A stretch of DNA of 64,000 bases from Anthoceros angustus (taxonomy: Eukaryota > Plantae > Anthocerotophyta): positions 434,001 to 498,000 of the forward strand of contig VJWM01000068.1 of the NCBI GenBank assembly GCA_010909165.1. Reading direction: 5' to 3'. The position numbers were made by a program, and so were the translations under genes. The notes beneath the pieces are model-generated. The model searched no databases, had not been told where the DNA came from, and saw only the letters and a list, made by a program, of their open reading frames with translations. Numbering within the stretch: position 1 is the stretch's first letter; every line of letters starts with the position of its first letter. This document shows, in pieces, positions 23,850 to 36,199 of this stretch.

Positions 23850-26800
23850 ATGCCATGGATAGATGGCGGGGAACACATCGGAAAAGGCGGAAGTGGTAGG
23901 TTGACTAGCGGTCAACGATCGTCCGGACTCCAAGCAAGCAGAAGCACGCTTAGAAGGTTGGAACCGCATGAATCGAAAGCGCAGGGCAACATGCGTGAGC
24001 CTGCGCCGCGGTGGTGTTGGAAATCGAATAGTCACAGCAGCTTGGCGCGAAGCGCCAAACAGTCCTGGTGGCAACGGCGATGCATTGGGGTGCCAAATGC
24101 CACCGCATGTATAACAGAGGCTTTCTTCGAAGTTGGGGCAGCTCTTCACCAAGAACTCCAAGTGCCACTTTTCAAAGTGGAAGCTCACGAGCATAGGCGT
24201 TTTGCGATATGGGCGGCGGCGGCAGGTGGAAGACATGGAGCTCGACACACCCATGTGCCGGGGAGAGGAGGGAGGCGACCGGAAGGCATGGCGGCCGGGC
24301 ATCAGGAGCGCACTGGCCGCTGTGGCGGTGGCGACGATGAGGAAATGGCCGGCCGGGCGGCGGCGGCGAGCATGCAGCCGCAGCAGCGGAGGCGGTGGCG
24401 GCGTGAGGGCTGCAGCCCACCGAGGGCTGCAGTAATGCTTGAAGACAGAGGCCCCAGGACGAGCATGCAGAAAGTGAGGGCTCGGTCGCCGGCTGATGCG
24501 AGGCGCGGCATCCCGATGCCGCTTTGGTGGAGCCCTCCGCAGCCTGTGGCGTGCCACCTGGGGCGCCCCAACAAGCGGCGGTGGCGGCGGCGAGGTGCGC
24601 TCTTTTTGCCCTTGCTGGGCCAGCGGATGGCGCGTTCACCCCGCCCAAACCTCGGAGGCGTGCAGAGGGGTCTGCATGCAGCCCGAAGTCCCCGGATCGC
24701 AGATGAGGGGTTTGAAGGCGACACCGAGGGTCGCAGCAGCAGCCGGGTTGCCGCATGCGCCCGGCAGCCGCAGTGGAGGATGACGGCCGGGCGGCGAGCA
24801 TGCAGCCGCCACCGTAGGGAAGGGGTGGATCGGCCGACCGCAGCCAATGGCCGCAGTGAGGGTGGCTCGCCTGCACACGCCAATGGCTGCAGTGCAGGGG
24901 GATGGCTCGGCCGCATGCGCCGAGGGCCGCAGCCTTCGAGCCGCCGGCCGACATTCGCCTGCCCCACCAACGGCTGCAAGGCGAAGCCCAAGGACTGCAA
25001 CCCAGGTGGTTGCAGCCAAGGCGATGGCTGCAACGACAGAGGCGCATGCCGGGACGGAGGACCAGGCTTCCCTTGCGCCTCCTTCTCATGGCGTGCCAGT
25101 GGGGGGCGAGGGCGGAGGAGGTGGGGACGGAGGCAGCGGTGAGGATGGTGGGGCAAGCGGCTCCAGGCCGGGGAAGGAGCCCATGCCGGGGGCGCTTTCC
25201 GGTGGCAGTGGAGGCCAACGAAAGCGAGGAGGGAGAGGAGGCGCCCACAGCGGACGACGATGGAGACGTGGATGGGTGAACGGGCGAGGGAGCGCCAGGA
25301 CAACAATCGGAAGACTCGATGGTAAGTGAACGCACAATCCGTGATCGCAATGTGTTTGACAATGCTGGTGGGTTCGATTGTCATTGTCATGCCTCGTAAT
25401 GCCGGTTGCAAGTGGTGAACTTTGCCATGCCGTACTCATATGTCCGCGAGTTGGGTTTGCGGTGTGGACGGAGTGGACGACCAGCCCTGCTGTGGTCATC
25501 TACGACGAACGGAACTTCGCTCGCATCCGCTATACGGACGTGGAGCGCCAAGATCGAACGAGATCGGCGGCGGGCGGGCGGAGGAGGAGGCAAGAAGGCC
25601 GAGAGAAGAGCTGGCCGAGCTCATCGCTGAGCTCGAGGCGCGCGGCACCGGAAGAGGAAGAGGTGCACCTCCCATGTCCGGTGCGGAGGCGGCGAGACCT
25701 AGCGGGCGGCGGCGGGCGGCAAGGCCAAGATGCAAGGCGAGAGTGCCGAGGGGCGAACCCTGCCGCCGAGAGGCGTGAATGGGGCCAGCACTGGGAGGGG
25801 CCACCGCCCAAGGCCGCAATACAGGTGGGGCATCCACCCAATGGAGCTCGACACACCCATGTCGCGCCGGACGGAGGAGGGAGGCGACGAAGGCATGGCG
25901 GCCGGGCGGCGGAGGCGAACCCTGCCGCCGAGGCGGTGGCGACGATGGCGAGGAAATGGCCGGGCGGCGGCATCGCTCGCCCGGCCCGCAGCGGCCAGAG
26001 CAGCGCGAGGCGGTGGCGGCCGAGGGCCGCAGCCCACCGAGGCTGCAGCAATGCTTGAAGACAGGCCCCCAGGACGAGCATGCGGCGGAGGCTCGGTCCG
26101 ATGCGAGTGGGGCAGCATCCCGATGCCGCTTTGGTGGAGCCCTCCGCAGCCTGTGGCGTGCCACCTGGGGCGCCCCAACAAGCGGCGCGCCGAGGCGGTG
26201 GCGGCATCCCTTGCGCCCCACAAAGGGCCCGGCAGCGGATGGTCGCTGCGGCCCGCCCAACCTCGGAGGCGTGAGGGGCGATTGCATGCAGCCCGCGAAG
26301 TCCCCGGACCGCAGATGAGGGTCGCTGAAGGCGACACCGAGGGTCGCAGCAGCCGGGTTGCGCATGCAGCCGCAGGGCCGCAGTGAGGATGACGGCCGGG
26401 CGGCCGACGCCGCCCAGGGAAGGGGTGGATCGGCCGACGCAGCCACCAATGGCCGCAGTGAGGGTGGCTCGCCCGCATGCGCCGCCAATGGCTGCAGCAG
26501 GTGGGATGGCTGGCCGCATGCGCCGAGGGCCGCAGCAGCGAGTCAGCCTTCGACATCCCTGCAGCCACCAACGGCAGAAGCCAAGGATCGCAACCCATGT
26601 GGTTGCGCCAAGAGCGCAAACAGAGGCGCATGGGACGGAGGACCGGCATCCCTTGCGCCTCCTTCTCGTGACGTGCGTGGCGAGCGGAGGAGGTGGGGCC
26701 GAGGCGGCGAGGATGGTGGGGCAAGCGGCTCCGTGCCGGGAAGGAGCCTGCGGGGCGCGGTGAGAGTGGAGGAGAACGAAACCGAGGAGGGAGAGGAGGC

Positions 26801-29520
26801 GCCCACGGACAAGGAGACGTGGACTGGGTTGCGAACGGGCGAGGGAGCGCCACCGGACAACAATCGGAAGACTCGGTAAGTGAAGACGCACAATCCGCCG
26901 TGGATCGCAATGTGTTTGACAATGCTGGTGGGTTGTCATTGTCATGCCTCGTAATGCCGGTTGCAAGTGGTGAACTTTGCCATGCCCGGTACTCATATGT
27001 CCGCGAGTTGGGTTTGCGGTGTGGACGAGTGCCCTGCTGTGGTCATCTACGACGAACGGAACTTCGCTCGCATCCGCTATACGGACGTGGAGCCGCCAAG
27101 ATCGAACGGAGATCGCGCGGTGAGCGAGGAGGCGCAAGGCGAGAGAAGAGCTGGCCGAGCTCATCGCTGAGCTCGAGGCACCGGGCACCGGAAGAGGAAG
27201 AGGTGCACCAATGGGGGCAGCCCGGCGGGCGCCTGTGGGGCGGCCAAGATGCAAGGCGAGAGTGCCGGAGGGGCGAACCCGGCCGCCGAGGCGTGAATGG
27301 GGCCAGCACTGGGAGGGGGCCACCGCCAAGGCCGCAATAGGTGGGGCATCCACCCAATGGAGCTCCGAGTATGGTAGCAACGCAAGTCCAATGCGCTGTA
27401 ATCGACGCCGCCATGACGGGCGCCATCGGCCTCCTTCTTGAAGTGGTGGAGAAGGTGCGCAACCCGAGGGTCCACCGCACCGACATGGAGGGAGTGATGG
27501 ACAGACTCACGATCGCCGACAACGCAGCCTGGGAAATGCCGCGCGCTTCATGGAATACATGAACGCAAAGAATGGCCGCATCCTCCATGCCATCGGGCCA
27601 ATGTGCAAGTGCGGTTGCCGGTGGTGGATGCCCCTCTCCGCAATCGCCCCCGCCACGCCTTCCGGTTCGGGGTCCCCTTCCCATTGGTGCCGGGATGAAC
27701 CCGCCTCCCCAACCTCACAGGACAGCTGGTGCACTGCCCGCCATGGCACACCGGGTGCACCTCCCATGTCCGGTGCGGAGGGATATTCGCCCTCCACAAG
27801 AAAAGACAGGGGCGAACGGAAGTCCGCAGAGGAGGAGCCAAGTTCGAGCACAAGAGGATGGAGGGGCCGCTCGAGGCTCTTCCGCGATCGACCGTGGGCG
27901 AGGGAGGTGTTTTTTTTAGAGCGCCCCACCATGAGGTGTGAGCGCAGTTATGTTCGGATGTTTTTGGTTGAACGCGCATGCGCCGCCAATGGCTGCAGGT
28001 GGGATGGCTCGGCCGCATGCGCCGAGGGCCGCAGTGCGCCGAGGGCCGCAGCCGATTCGCTTGCAGCCCACCAACGGCCGCAAGGCGGCCAAGGATCAAC
28101 CCATGTGGTTGCAAGGCGGAGGTGCAAACAGAGGCGCATGCCGTGACGGAGGACCGGCATCCCTTGCGCCTTCTCGTGACGTGCCTGTGGGGGCGGGCGG
28201 AGGAGGTGGGGCGAGGCGTGAGGATGGTGCCTGTGCCGGGAAGGAGCCTGCGGGCGCCCGGTGAGAGTGGAGGAGAACGAAACCGAGGAGGGAGAGGAGG
28301 CGCCACGCGAGGCGAGACGGACCGGGTTGCGAACGGCGAGGGAGCGCGCCGGACAACAATCGGAAGACTCATGGTAAGTGAAGACGCACAATCCGCGGAT
28401 CGCAATGTGTTTGACAATGCTGGTGGGTTCGATTGTCATTGTCATGCCTCGTAATCTTGGTTGCAAGTGGTGAACTTTGCCATGCCGTACTCATATGTCC
28501 GCGAGGTGTGGACGGAGTGGAGACCAGCCCTACTGTGGTCATCTACGACGAACGGAACTTCGCTCGCATCCGTATACGGACGTGGAGCCGTAAGATCGAA
28601 CGAGATCGGCGCGCGGGCTGGAGCGGAGGAGGCAAGGCCGAGAGAAGAGCTGGCCGAGCTCATCGCTGAGCTCGAGGCAGGCGTGGCACCGGAAGAGGAA
28701 GAGGTGCACCAATGGGGGCGGCACTAGCAGGGCGGGCGCCTGGCCAAGATGCAAGAGAGTGCCGAGGGGCGAACCCGCAGCCGCCGAGAGGCGTGAATGG
28801 GGCCAGCACCTGGGGAGGGGCCACCGCCCAAGGCAACAAGGTGGGGCATCCACCCAATGGAGCTCCGAGTATGGTAGCAACGCAAGTCCAATGCGTAATC
28901 GACGCCGCCATGACGGGCCACGCACGCCTCCTTCTTGAAGTGGTGGAGAAGGTGCGCAACCCGAGGGTCCACCGCACCGACATGGAGGGAGTGATGGGAC
29001 TGACGACCGGGCCGACAACGCAGCCTGGAATAAAGACGCGTCGGCTCATGGAATACATGAACGCAAAGAATGGCCGCATCCTCCATGCCATCGGGCCAAT
29101 GTGCGCGGTTGCTGGTGGTGGATGCCTCCTCCGAATCGCCCCCGGCCACGCCTTCCAGCTCGGTCCCCTTCCCATTGGTGCCGGGATGAACCCGCCTCCC
29201 CAACCTCACAGGGAGGTGCACCCGGCCATGGCACACCGGGTGCACCTCCCATGTCCGCGGAGGGACATTCGCCCTCCACAAGAAAAGACAGGGGCGAACG
29301 GAAGTCCGCAGAGGAGGAGCCGGAGCACAAGAGGATGGAGGACCGCCGAGGCTCTTCCGCGATCGATCGTGGGCGAGGGAGGTGTTTTTTTTGTGGCGCT
29401 CCCACCATGAGGTGTGAGCGCAGACTATGTTCGGATGTTTTTGGTTGAACGCATGCGCCCGGCAGTGTCCGTAGGACTGGAAGTGGATTTGTAGGACGCA
29501 GTGACATTGCCCTCGCTTTG
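23850..29520 (+). pseudogene. Transposon cargo gene E, unknown intron-containing protein in 2-3 overlapping degraded copies
   Basis: Recurring peptides: NNRKTR|gtaagt intron (25322-~25412, also ~26876 and ~28374); VVNFAMPYSYVRE..VVIYDERNFARIRYTDVE; EELAELIAELEA; LLLEVVEKVRNPRVHRTDMEGVM; MEYMNAKNGRILHAIGPMC. Confidence 0.55.
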
Positions 29521-30079
29521 ATGAGGTTGAGGAGGGATAGTGTGAAGCATGTTCGATCTCGTAATGCCCGCATTGCAATGGTTTCCTTCGCAATGCGTGT
29601 TCGGTTTGAAAGGTGAAGTTACGATCATCTTCGTCCGTCGCCCCATACATCCAACGCAAGCACAACACAAGCATGTTAGTAGGCAAGCACACCAACGTAG
29701 GGATCGCCCCACATCCCGCCCTTCCCGCATATATAGTGAAAGCGATGTGTAAGCGGAGGATTTGCGGTGCGCCGAACGCGGCCATACCGCGAACAAAAGT
29801 TCTGTGTATGTGTTGCCCGCCATGTTTGTGTAGACCCGATGAAAACCCTAACACCGCCATCAAAAACATGTATGACACCACAACACCGCCATGAAAAAAC
29901 ATGTATGACACCATCCAACACCAGCCGAGGAACGTGTGATAGAATGTTTTTCCCCGCCAGACAACCCCGTGAAGTGATGTGGCAATGACATTATACGTGT
30001 ATTATACGTGAGTATCGAAAAGATTCCGTGGCATATCCTCGTAGCGTACACCGAAAAGAAAGAAAGTCACACACAGACT

Positions 30080-30106
30080 CCCGTGTGACGAGATCGGTAT
30101 TCCATA
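30080..30106 (-). repeat. Right terminal inverted repeat (27 bp)
   Basis: cccgtgtgacgagatcggtattccata, 27/27 match to the left TIR. Confidence 0.97.
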
Positions 30107-30112
30107 AGGAAG
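30107..30112 (+). repeat. Target-site duplication, right copy (AGGAAG)
   Basis: Immediately follows the right TIR. Confidence 0.95.
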
Positions 30113-30345
30113 TCCAGCACCCACACTTAAGACTATGTAGATTCTAGGTTAGCCACTCAGCATGGAGAGTTTTATAACCACCCACTTATCATGCGAACAA
30201 TATCAATTACAGTGAATGATGACATTCGATTTAGGGCATTGATGGAAATCGATCCCGGGACCACCTCCCACACAGCCCCGGACATTCCACCTGCATGACT
30301 GTGTCCGAGGCATAAATTGTTGTTGCGCGTCTTATACCTCCGTGA

Positions 30346-30797
<452 letters not shown>

Positions 30798-31714
30798 GGC
30801 TTCACTGTATGGTGTATTTATACACCACCTCTCTGAGGAAAAGCTCTCAGCTCGAACACTAACATTCCTGTTTCTAACAGTTTTGTTATGCAGCTGCCCA
30901 AACTCTGGCCTCGGTTGGTTGGCACTCATATGTCAAGCATTGGTTGGTACTCTCTGGATCCTTGATGTTGCATTCGCCCTTCGTTTTCCCAAGCTTTTCC
31001 TGTCCTGATGCAGCTCTCAAAACTATGGCCTCGGTGATTGACACTCAAATCTGAAGCATTGGTTGGCAATCCCCGGGTCATTGATGTGGGATTTGTTTTT
31101 CTTTTGCCTTTTCAAGTTTGCAAATGTACATCGATATTTCTTAGTGAAACCTGTGCCCCTCTTACTTTAGGCAGTTGTAGGCAGCGAGTACAACTGTGCA
31201 ATGAAGATCGGAGAGAGGAATAGGCTTGTCGACCATATTTGAGTCAGTTGCTGTGGTAGTGTAGCTTTATTGAGCGCCAGGGCTCCATGACCATTGCCAT
31301 GACCATTTTACAGTATTGCCATTCCAGTCACCAAAATGGGAACCATCGATGCTTTCGATTGACTCAACAGCGGCCCTAGCTCCAGAAGATGCCTCTATAT
31401 ACTGGTCAGTCTTCACGCTGACCCTGTCATCTGAAAATATGTGACCATGAATTGCATCCCAAAAATTATCCCAGGGGAAATCATAAACGCAGATTAGTGA
31501 ACCTATTTCAGGCCAACACAATACCCATGACATCTTCATTTGTAACATTCAATGCAGAGAAGGTGATTGTCTGTTAACCTCAAACATCCACTGGCTGTAC
31601 TTGTGTTAATAAGACCGACAGGTCTCTGGATCTTCACCCGGTGGCAGCAAGTACATGTTGCATACATATGTAGGTTGCCTCGGTGGTGAGTGTGTGATCA
31701 GGACACGCGACCTC

Positions 31715-31820
31715 TTTAACGGACTGTGTTAGCGGACTGTTTGCGGAGCTGTCTCAACGGACTGTTTGCTGACCTGTCTTAACCGGCTGTTTGCGAACCT
31801 GTCCTAACTGACTGTTACCA
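31715..31820. repeat. Short tandem repeat, ~25-bp unit (CGGACTGTTTGCGGACCTGTCTTAA-like), 3-4 copies
   Basis: Directly visible in the sequence. Confidence 0.75.
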
Positions 31821-32281
31821 GTCTATTAGGTGATATCAGTTTCGACGTTAAACAAATGAATGGCCGGAGCGAAGGACCTGGAATGGACAGAGACGCGCAA
31901 CGGTAATTTTGAACTGCGAACTCGCGCTGGCTCTGGGACACTGAAGCGTCGAGGCCAGTGAATGCGGTGACCGGAGACTTCTCCTTGGGATTCAACTGCA
32001 CACTAAGATGCAGCTCCAGCCCTGCTTCCTGTGGGATAACCTCATAGCAGTCTCAATTGATTCCCATTCACTTCGTCGTGGTTCCGAGCGTTCAGCTGCA
32101 CTGAACATCGAGAGTTAATATTTACTGTGCGAACATCATCTCGGTACCATGAACCCATTTCGTCCTTTACACCAGGTCGAATTCTCACCCTCTGATTGCA
32201 TCTCCGCATAGAAGGACTTTGCCCACATTGCTGCTGATCACAAGGGCCTAGATAGTTTTGTACACCTCCGTTACCTGATTC

Positions 32282-32869
32282 TTGTTCATTAATGTTTGTG
32301 CACAGGACTTGTTCCACGACACCCCCGACATGTCTCTCCCACCACCTCGGTTTCCGCCCCGGAACGTCGTGGGGAATCCCGACATGCTGCAAACGCAAGC
32401 CATTCCTCAGCCCGACGAGGAGCAGGCCGCTCCGGTACCGGAGGTTCCCGAGCCGGATCAGTTTGAGACAATAGATCTGAATTCGACGCCAGATCGAGCT
32501 GTGCAGCAGCCCCAGGAAGCTGAGAAGCAGGAGCCAGAGCAAGGAGTTCGCCTGTCTCTAGCAGCAGGACGCCTATGGAAGTGGCTGGTCGACGGGATCA
32601 GGGCTCTATTGAATGGGCTGGTGCAGGGCCTCCTGCGCCTCAGGAGCTGGCTGCTGGAAGCTTGCCATGGTGCGTGGGATCGGGTGCGCGATGGTCTCCA
32701 GGCTTTTTGGCGTTGGCTGTGCCAGGGTGCCAGGCATTTGGGTTGGCTCCTGGAAGCTGTCAAGCTTAAGGCTCTCTGGGCTTTGCTGTTCAGGTGCCTG
32801 AGAGCTCTTGCAGGTTTCTGCAATTGGCTGCTCGAAGTTATCCCGCAGCGACTGGGATTTTGGTTCTAG
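32282..32869 (+). CDS. Hypothetical protein with acidic/Pro linker and Trp-rich 11-residue amphipathic repeats (start uncertain)
   Basis: WKWLVDGIRAL/LNGLVQGLLRL/RSWLLEACHGA/WDRVRDGLQAF/WRWLCQGARHL; similar to the ORF at 36200-37627. Confidence 0.5.
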   Translation: MFINVCAQDLFHDTPDMSLPPPRFPPRNVVGNPDMLQTQAIPQPDEEQAAPVPEVPEPDQFETIDLNSTPDRAVQQPQEAEKQEPEQGVRLSLAAGRLWKWLVDGIRALLNGLVQGLLRLRSWLLEACHGAWDRVRDGLQAFWRWLCQGARHLGWLLEAVKLKALWALLFRCLRALAGFCNWLLEVIPQRLGFWF

Positions 32870-33481
32870 CGGAATATCTCGCGGCGACTAGCCCTCATCT
32901 TTCGTGTTCCATATATGGGCAGCATGGTCAATTGTCAACACGTTAATCTGCCAGTCAAAATTACCAGCACATTGATTATTAACACACTCGTCCCCAGACA
33001 CCAATGCCGGATGGAGCTTACACGTTGGACCCACCCAGATCCAGATCCTCCAGGGGTTTTCTATCAGGAAAAACCGAAGTATGCCAAACCGGCTAGTCTG
33101 CGGATTCTTTGAGAACTAGCACACTACAAAAGAGCCTTGATCTTCAATCAGCATTCGAAACTAGAGTTGAAAGTGTTTCGGATAGGTATTACATATTCTA
33201 ATAAAAGATACTGCACAATTGAACGTTTTATCATATATTTATATTACTTATTAACTTTTTAAGTAAAAAGGTAAAAAGTGAAAAATAAGTAACCTTAAAT
33301 CCTAAAATAAAAATAAAAATTAATTTATAACACTGGTTGAAATCTAACAAAAAAAACTATGTTTACCACATTTAAGATAAATTAAATAATTTATTTATTT
33401 TAAAACTATGATTTTCTATGATTGAATTTATCCTGATTAAGATTTTTTAAACTTTTTAAACTTATAGGTATAATTATAAAA

Positions 33482-34080
33482 TTAACTCTGTGGGAAGCGA
33501 GATCTGATAAAACCTACAAACCTAAACCGTAAAGGCCTCCTAAAGCAAGTCCTAACAAAACCCCTGCTCCACGGTGCCGCATGATCACTGTCCTCGATGA
33601 TGTAGAGGTCGTTCATCTCCTCCCACAAGACATGGTTGGCGTGCGTCCAATTCGTAGAAGACGTTGAGATGAAATCCAGGAGGGGTGGCAGGTCGGTGTG
33701 AGTCAAGCCGTCGGAGTGAAACTTGGCAATCCACAGCTTGAAGTCCTCCAGTGACTCCGGGTGCTTGGACCACGAGGCCTCGCAGTGATCGTTAGGACCC
33801 AATGGCCACCCATCAAAATGAGAATGCATGAAATAGTGCGCTTCCAACTTCTGGAAGGCACTCTCGCAGTATGAAGTCCAGGTCCAGTCCAAATACTTGC
33901 GACCACGTTCCCTTAGCTCGAAAAGAACTTCAAAGTCCAAGGGGTAGTTCTCTATGTGGTAGATGAGGTCGTTGTGGTCCTCCGCATGCTGCAACAAGGC
34001 ATCAAGCTCCTCGTATGACAGAGGATGCATTGGCTTGTTCGAGTCATAAGACCTGTAAAACAACTCACTCCACATATTAG
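33482..34080 (-). CDS. Orphan hypothetical protein (globular-looking, acidic/His/Trp-rich)
   Basis: Open frame MWSELFYRSYDSNKPMHPLSYEELDALLQHAEDHNDLIYHIENYPLDFEVLFELRERGRKYLDW... of ~200 aa with protein-like composition; no family recognised. Confidence 0.4.
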
Positions 34081-34394
34081 GATCGGGTGAGCTCGGAGGA
34101 GAGCGTGGAACCCTCCTCCAATGCTGCCCCGCACATGCTGTGGCTGCAGGCTGCGAGGCTTGCGGCATGTGAGGAGGAGAGGGTGGGCCGGTGCCTGCCA
34201 TCCTGCCCACAACCGCAGTATGCCTGCAACACTTCCTGCAGTGGCACCAGGCAGCCGTCTGGATGCCATCCATTTGCAAGAGAAGGAGCATCAAACAATT
34301 CGGCATTACCATGGGCAGGAAGAAATGGGGACGAGGTTAGTTGGTGCTTGGTGCAAGGATGGGAGGAGGCGTCGTGGGTGCCTCCTCCTCGCGG

Positions 34395-34790
34395 CTGCGG
34401 CTCGCCCGCCCGCCCGCCTGCCCGCCTCGTCCCTCGCCCGCCCGCCCGCCCGCCCGCCCGCCTGCCTCGCCCGCCTGCCACAGACCGCCTGCCTCGCCCG
34501 CCTGCCCCGCCCGCCCGCCCGCCCGCCTCCTTCCTTCACCCGCCCGCCCGCCTGCCCCGCCCGCCCGCCCGCCTCGCCCGCCCGCCTCGCCCGCCTGCCC
34601 GCCTCGTCCCTCGCCCGCCCGCCTGCCCGCCTCGTCCCTCGCCCGCCCGCCCGCCCGCCCGCCTGCCTCGCCCGCCCGCCCGCCTGCCCGCCTGCCTCGC
34701 CGTGCCTCGCCTCGCCCGCCCTCGGCCGCCTTGTCCGGGGTAGGGGGCTCACCACCGCCCGCCTGCCTCGCCCAGGCCAGTGAGCACGCT
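34395..34790. repeat. GC-rich (GCCC/GCCT)n microsatellite
   Basis: About 400 bp of cgcc/cgcct tetramer-type repeats. Confidence 0.92.
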
Positions 34791-35759
34791 TGGTGGCGAG
34801 CAGCGCCCGCCCGCCGACGCGCTCGCCTGCACCTCGTCAGCCGTGCCACGCCTCCGACCTCGCCCCTCCCCGAGCAGGTCGGGTCGGTGGCGGCCCGCCA
34901 GGCGGTGTTCTCGCCTAAACCTGCTCCACCCTCTTAGGATATGAACCCTAAAAACGGGCAGGTGGCTTGCCTATGCCACCTAGCGCACCCTAAACTGGAA
35001 CACTCCGCGCGCGGAAAAAAAAATTCTTGATGCGTGCGCGAGAAAAAAACACAGTGAGTGCGAGGAAAAAAAGTAAGTTCCCTTTCTGTCTTCCGGTGAC
35101 CGCGAAGTGGCCGCTTTGGTGCGTTCCCTTTGGGCTACCCCATTTCGGTCGGGTTACCAAACCGGACACCAAAAGTTTTGCGGAAGAAAAAAAATGTCCG
35201 TCCCCTCTGTCCTCTTTGGTATGCCATACATAACCATGGGGCATCGAAAGTCATTCAAGCTTTTTTTTTCTAATTGTATTATACTAATTTTAAATCTTTT
35301 GAATACATTATAATATCTTCTTTAAGTAATAATATTTTTATTCTTTAACTAATAGTATTTTTATTAAAATGTTTTTTTTGATAAAAAGTTGGTAGTTAAC
35401 TAGTTTGAAAGTTTAATTAGCCTAGATGAACTATTACATTCTAATAGTAAAGATTATGAAAATGATTGTTAGAAAATGTTGTTATGAAAATGATTTGTTA
35501 GAAAATGTTGTCGTTTCAATTGGTAATATGCACAACCCAATAACACTCTTTTGGACTCTCGCTAAACTTTTCATTGAGAAATTGCAGAGTATGTTTCCTA
35601 TAAGATGCTGTGTAAGATAGAAGGATAGGTGAAGCTTATTTCCCATAGGATGTTGTTTGAGATTGAAGGATAGGTGAAGCTTACTTTTTTGCATTCTTAA
35701 AACTTATACGTGCAATCTTCACTTTCATAGTTAACTCACACTTTATGCATGGTCTTTAC

Positions 35760-35942
35760 TCCGCCTTTACGTGCTGCTTTTGGCCACCACTTCCAAAAGC
35801 AACATACAAAGGATAACACAACTTTCGCACGCTCTTTTCGCCCACCACTTCTACACACTACTTCTGAATTAGGGTAACACCACTTTCACATGCTACTTTC
35901 GGCCACCACTTCCATATGCTACATCCAAATTAGGGTAACAAA
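35760..35942. repeat. Three degenerate ~58-bp tandem units (..CCACCACTTC..AGGGTAACA)
   Basis: ccaccacttc occurs at about 35785, 35842 and 35902. Confidence 0.65.
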
Positions 35943-36199
35943 TTTCCCTTTTAAGTGCACTCCTCGTACTTAGATAAGGGAGTTATGGAATGATGAATCA
36001 AGATCGGTCTACCATAGGTAGGACATATAATTCCTCTTTTTAAATTATTATTAAACTATATATAAATTAGATTATATGAAATAATTAGATATTCCAACTA
36101 ATAATATTACCCATGCAATTGAGTTAAATTTTTAAGTCTCATTCTGGTTTAATTCACTTTCACCGCCCTGAGATAGCGTTTGAATCTCTCTCAACGTCC

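Larger units (their letters stand above)
37..30106. mobile_element. Giant (~30 kb) IS3EU-like cut-and-paste DNA transposon carrying several extra genes
   Basis: Perfect 27-bp inverted termini (37-63 and 30080-30106), identical AGGAAG directly outside both ends (31-36, 30107-30112), TAT...ATA termini, and an internal HTH + DDE integrase-core transposase. Confidence 0.92.

Noticed and set aside
24172-29914. Long minus-strand ORFs (for example 25530-27380, 616 aa)
   Set aside because: Antisense shadows of GC-rich cargo gene E with low-complexity composition.
1-30190. Flanks of the giant element forming a solo LTR (TGTTAG... to ...TTATCA)
   Set aside because: TG/CA ends are suggestive only; the window starts at the TG, so no TSD or second LTR can be checked.
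31267-31548. Short minus-strand ORF with protein-like composition
   Set aside because: Under 100 aa with no recognisable family or clear gene structure.
33122-33131. CACTACAAAA as a CACTA transposon terminus
   Set aside because: I found no matching TTTTGTAGTG end and no CACTA transposase in the window.
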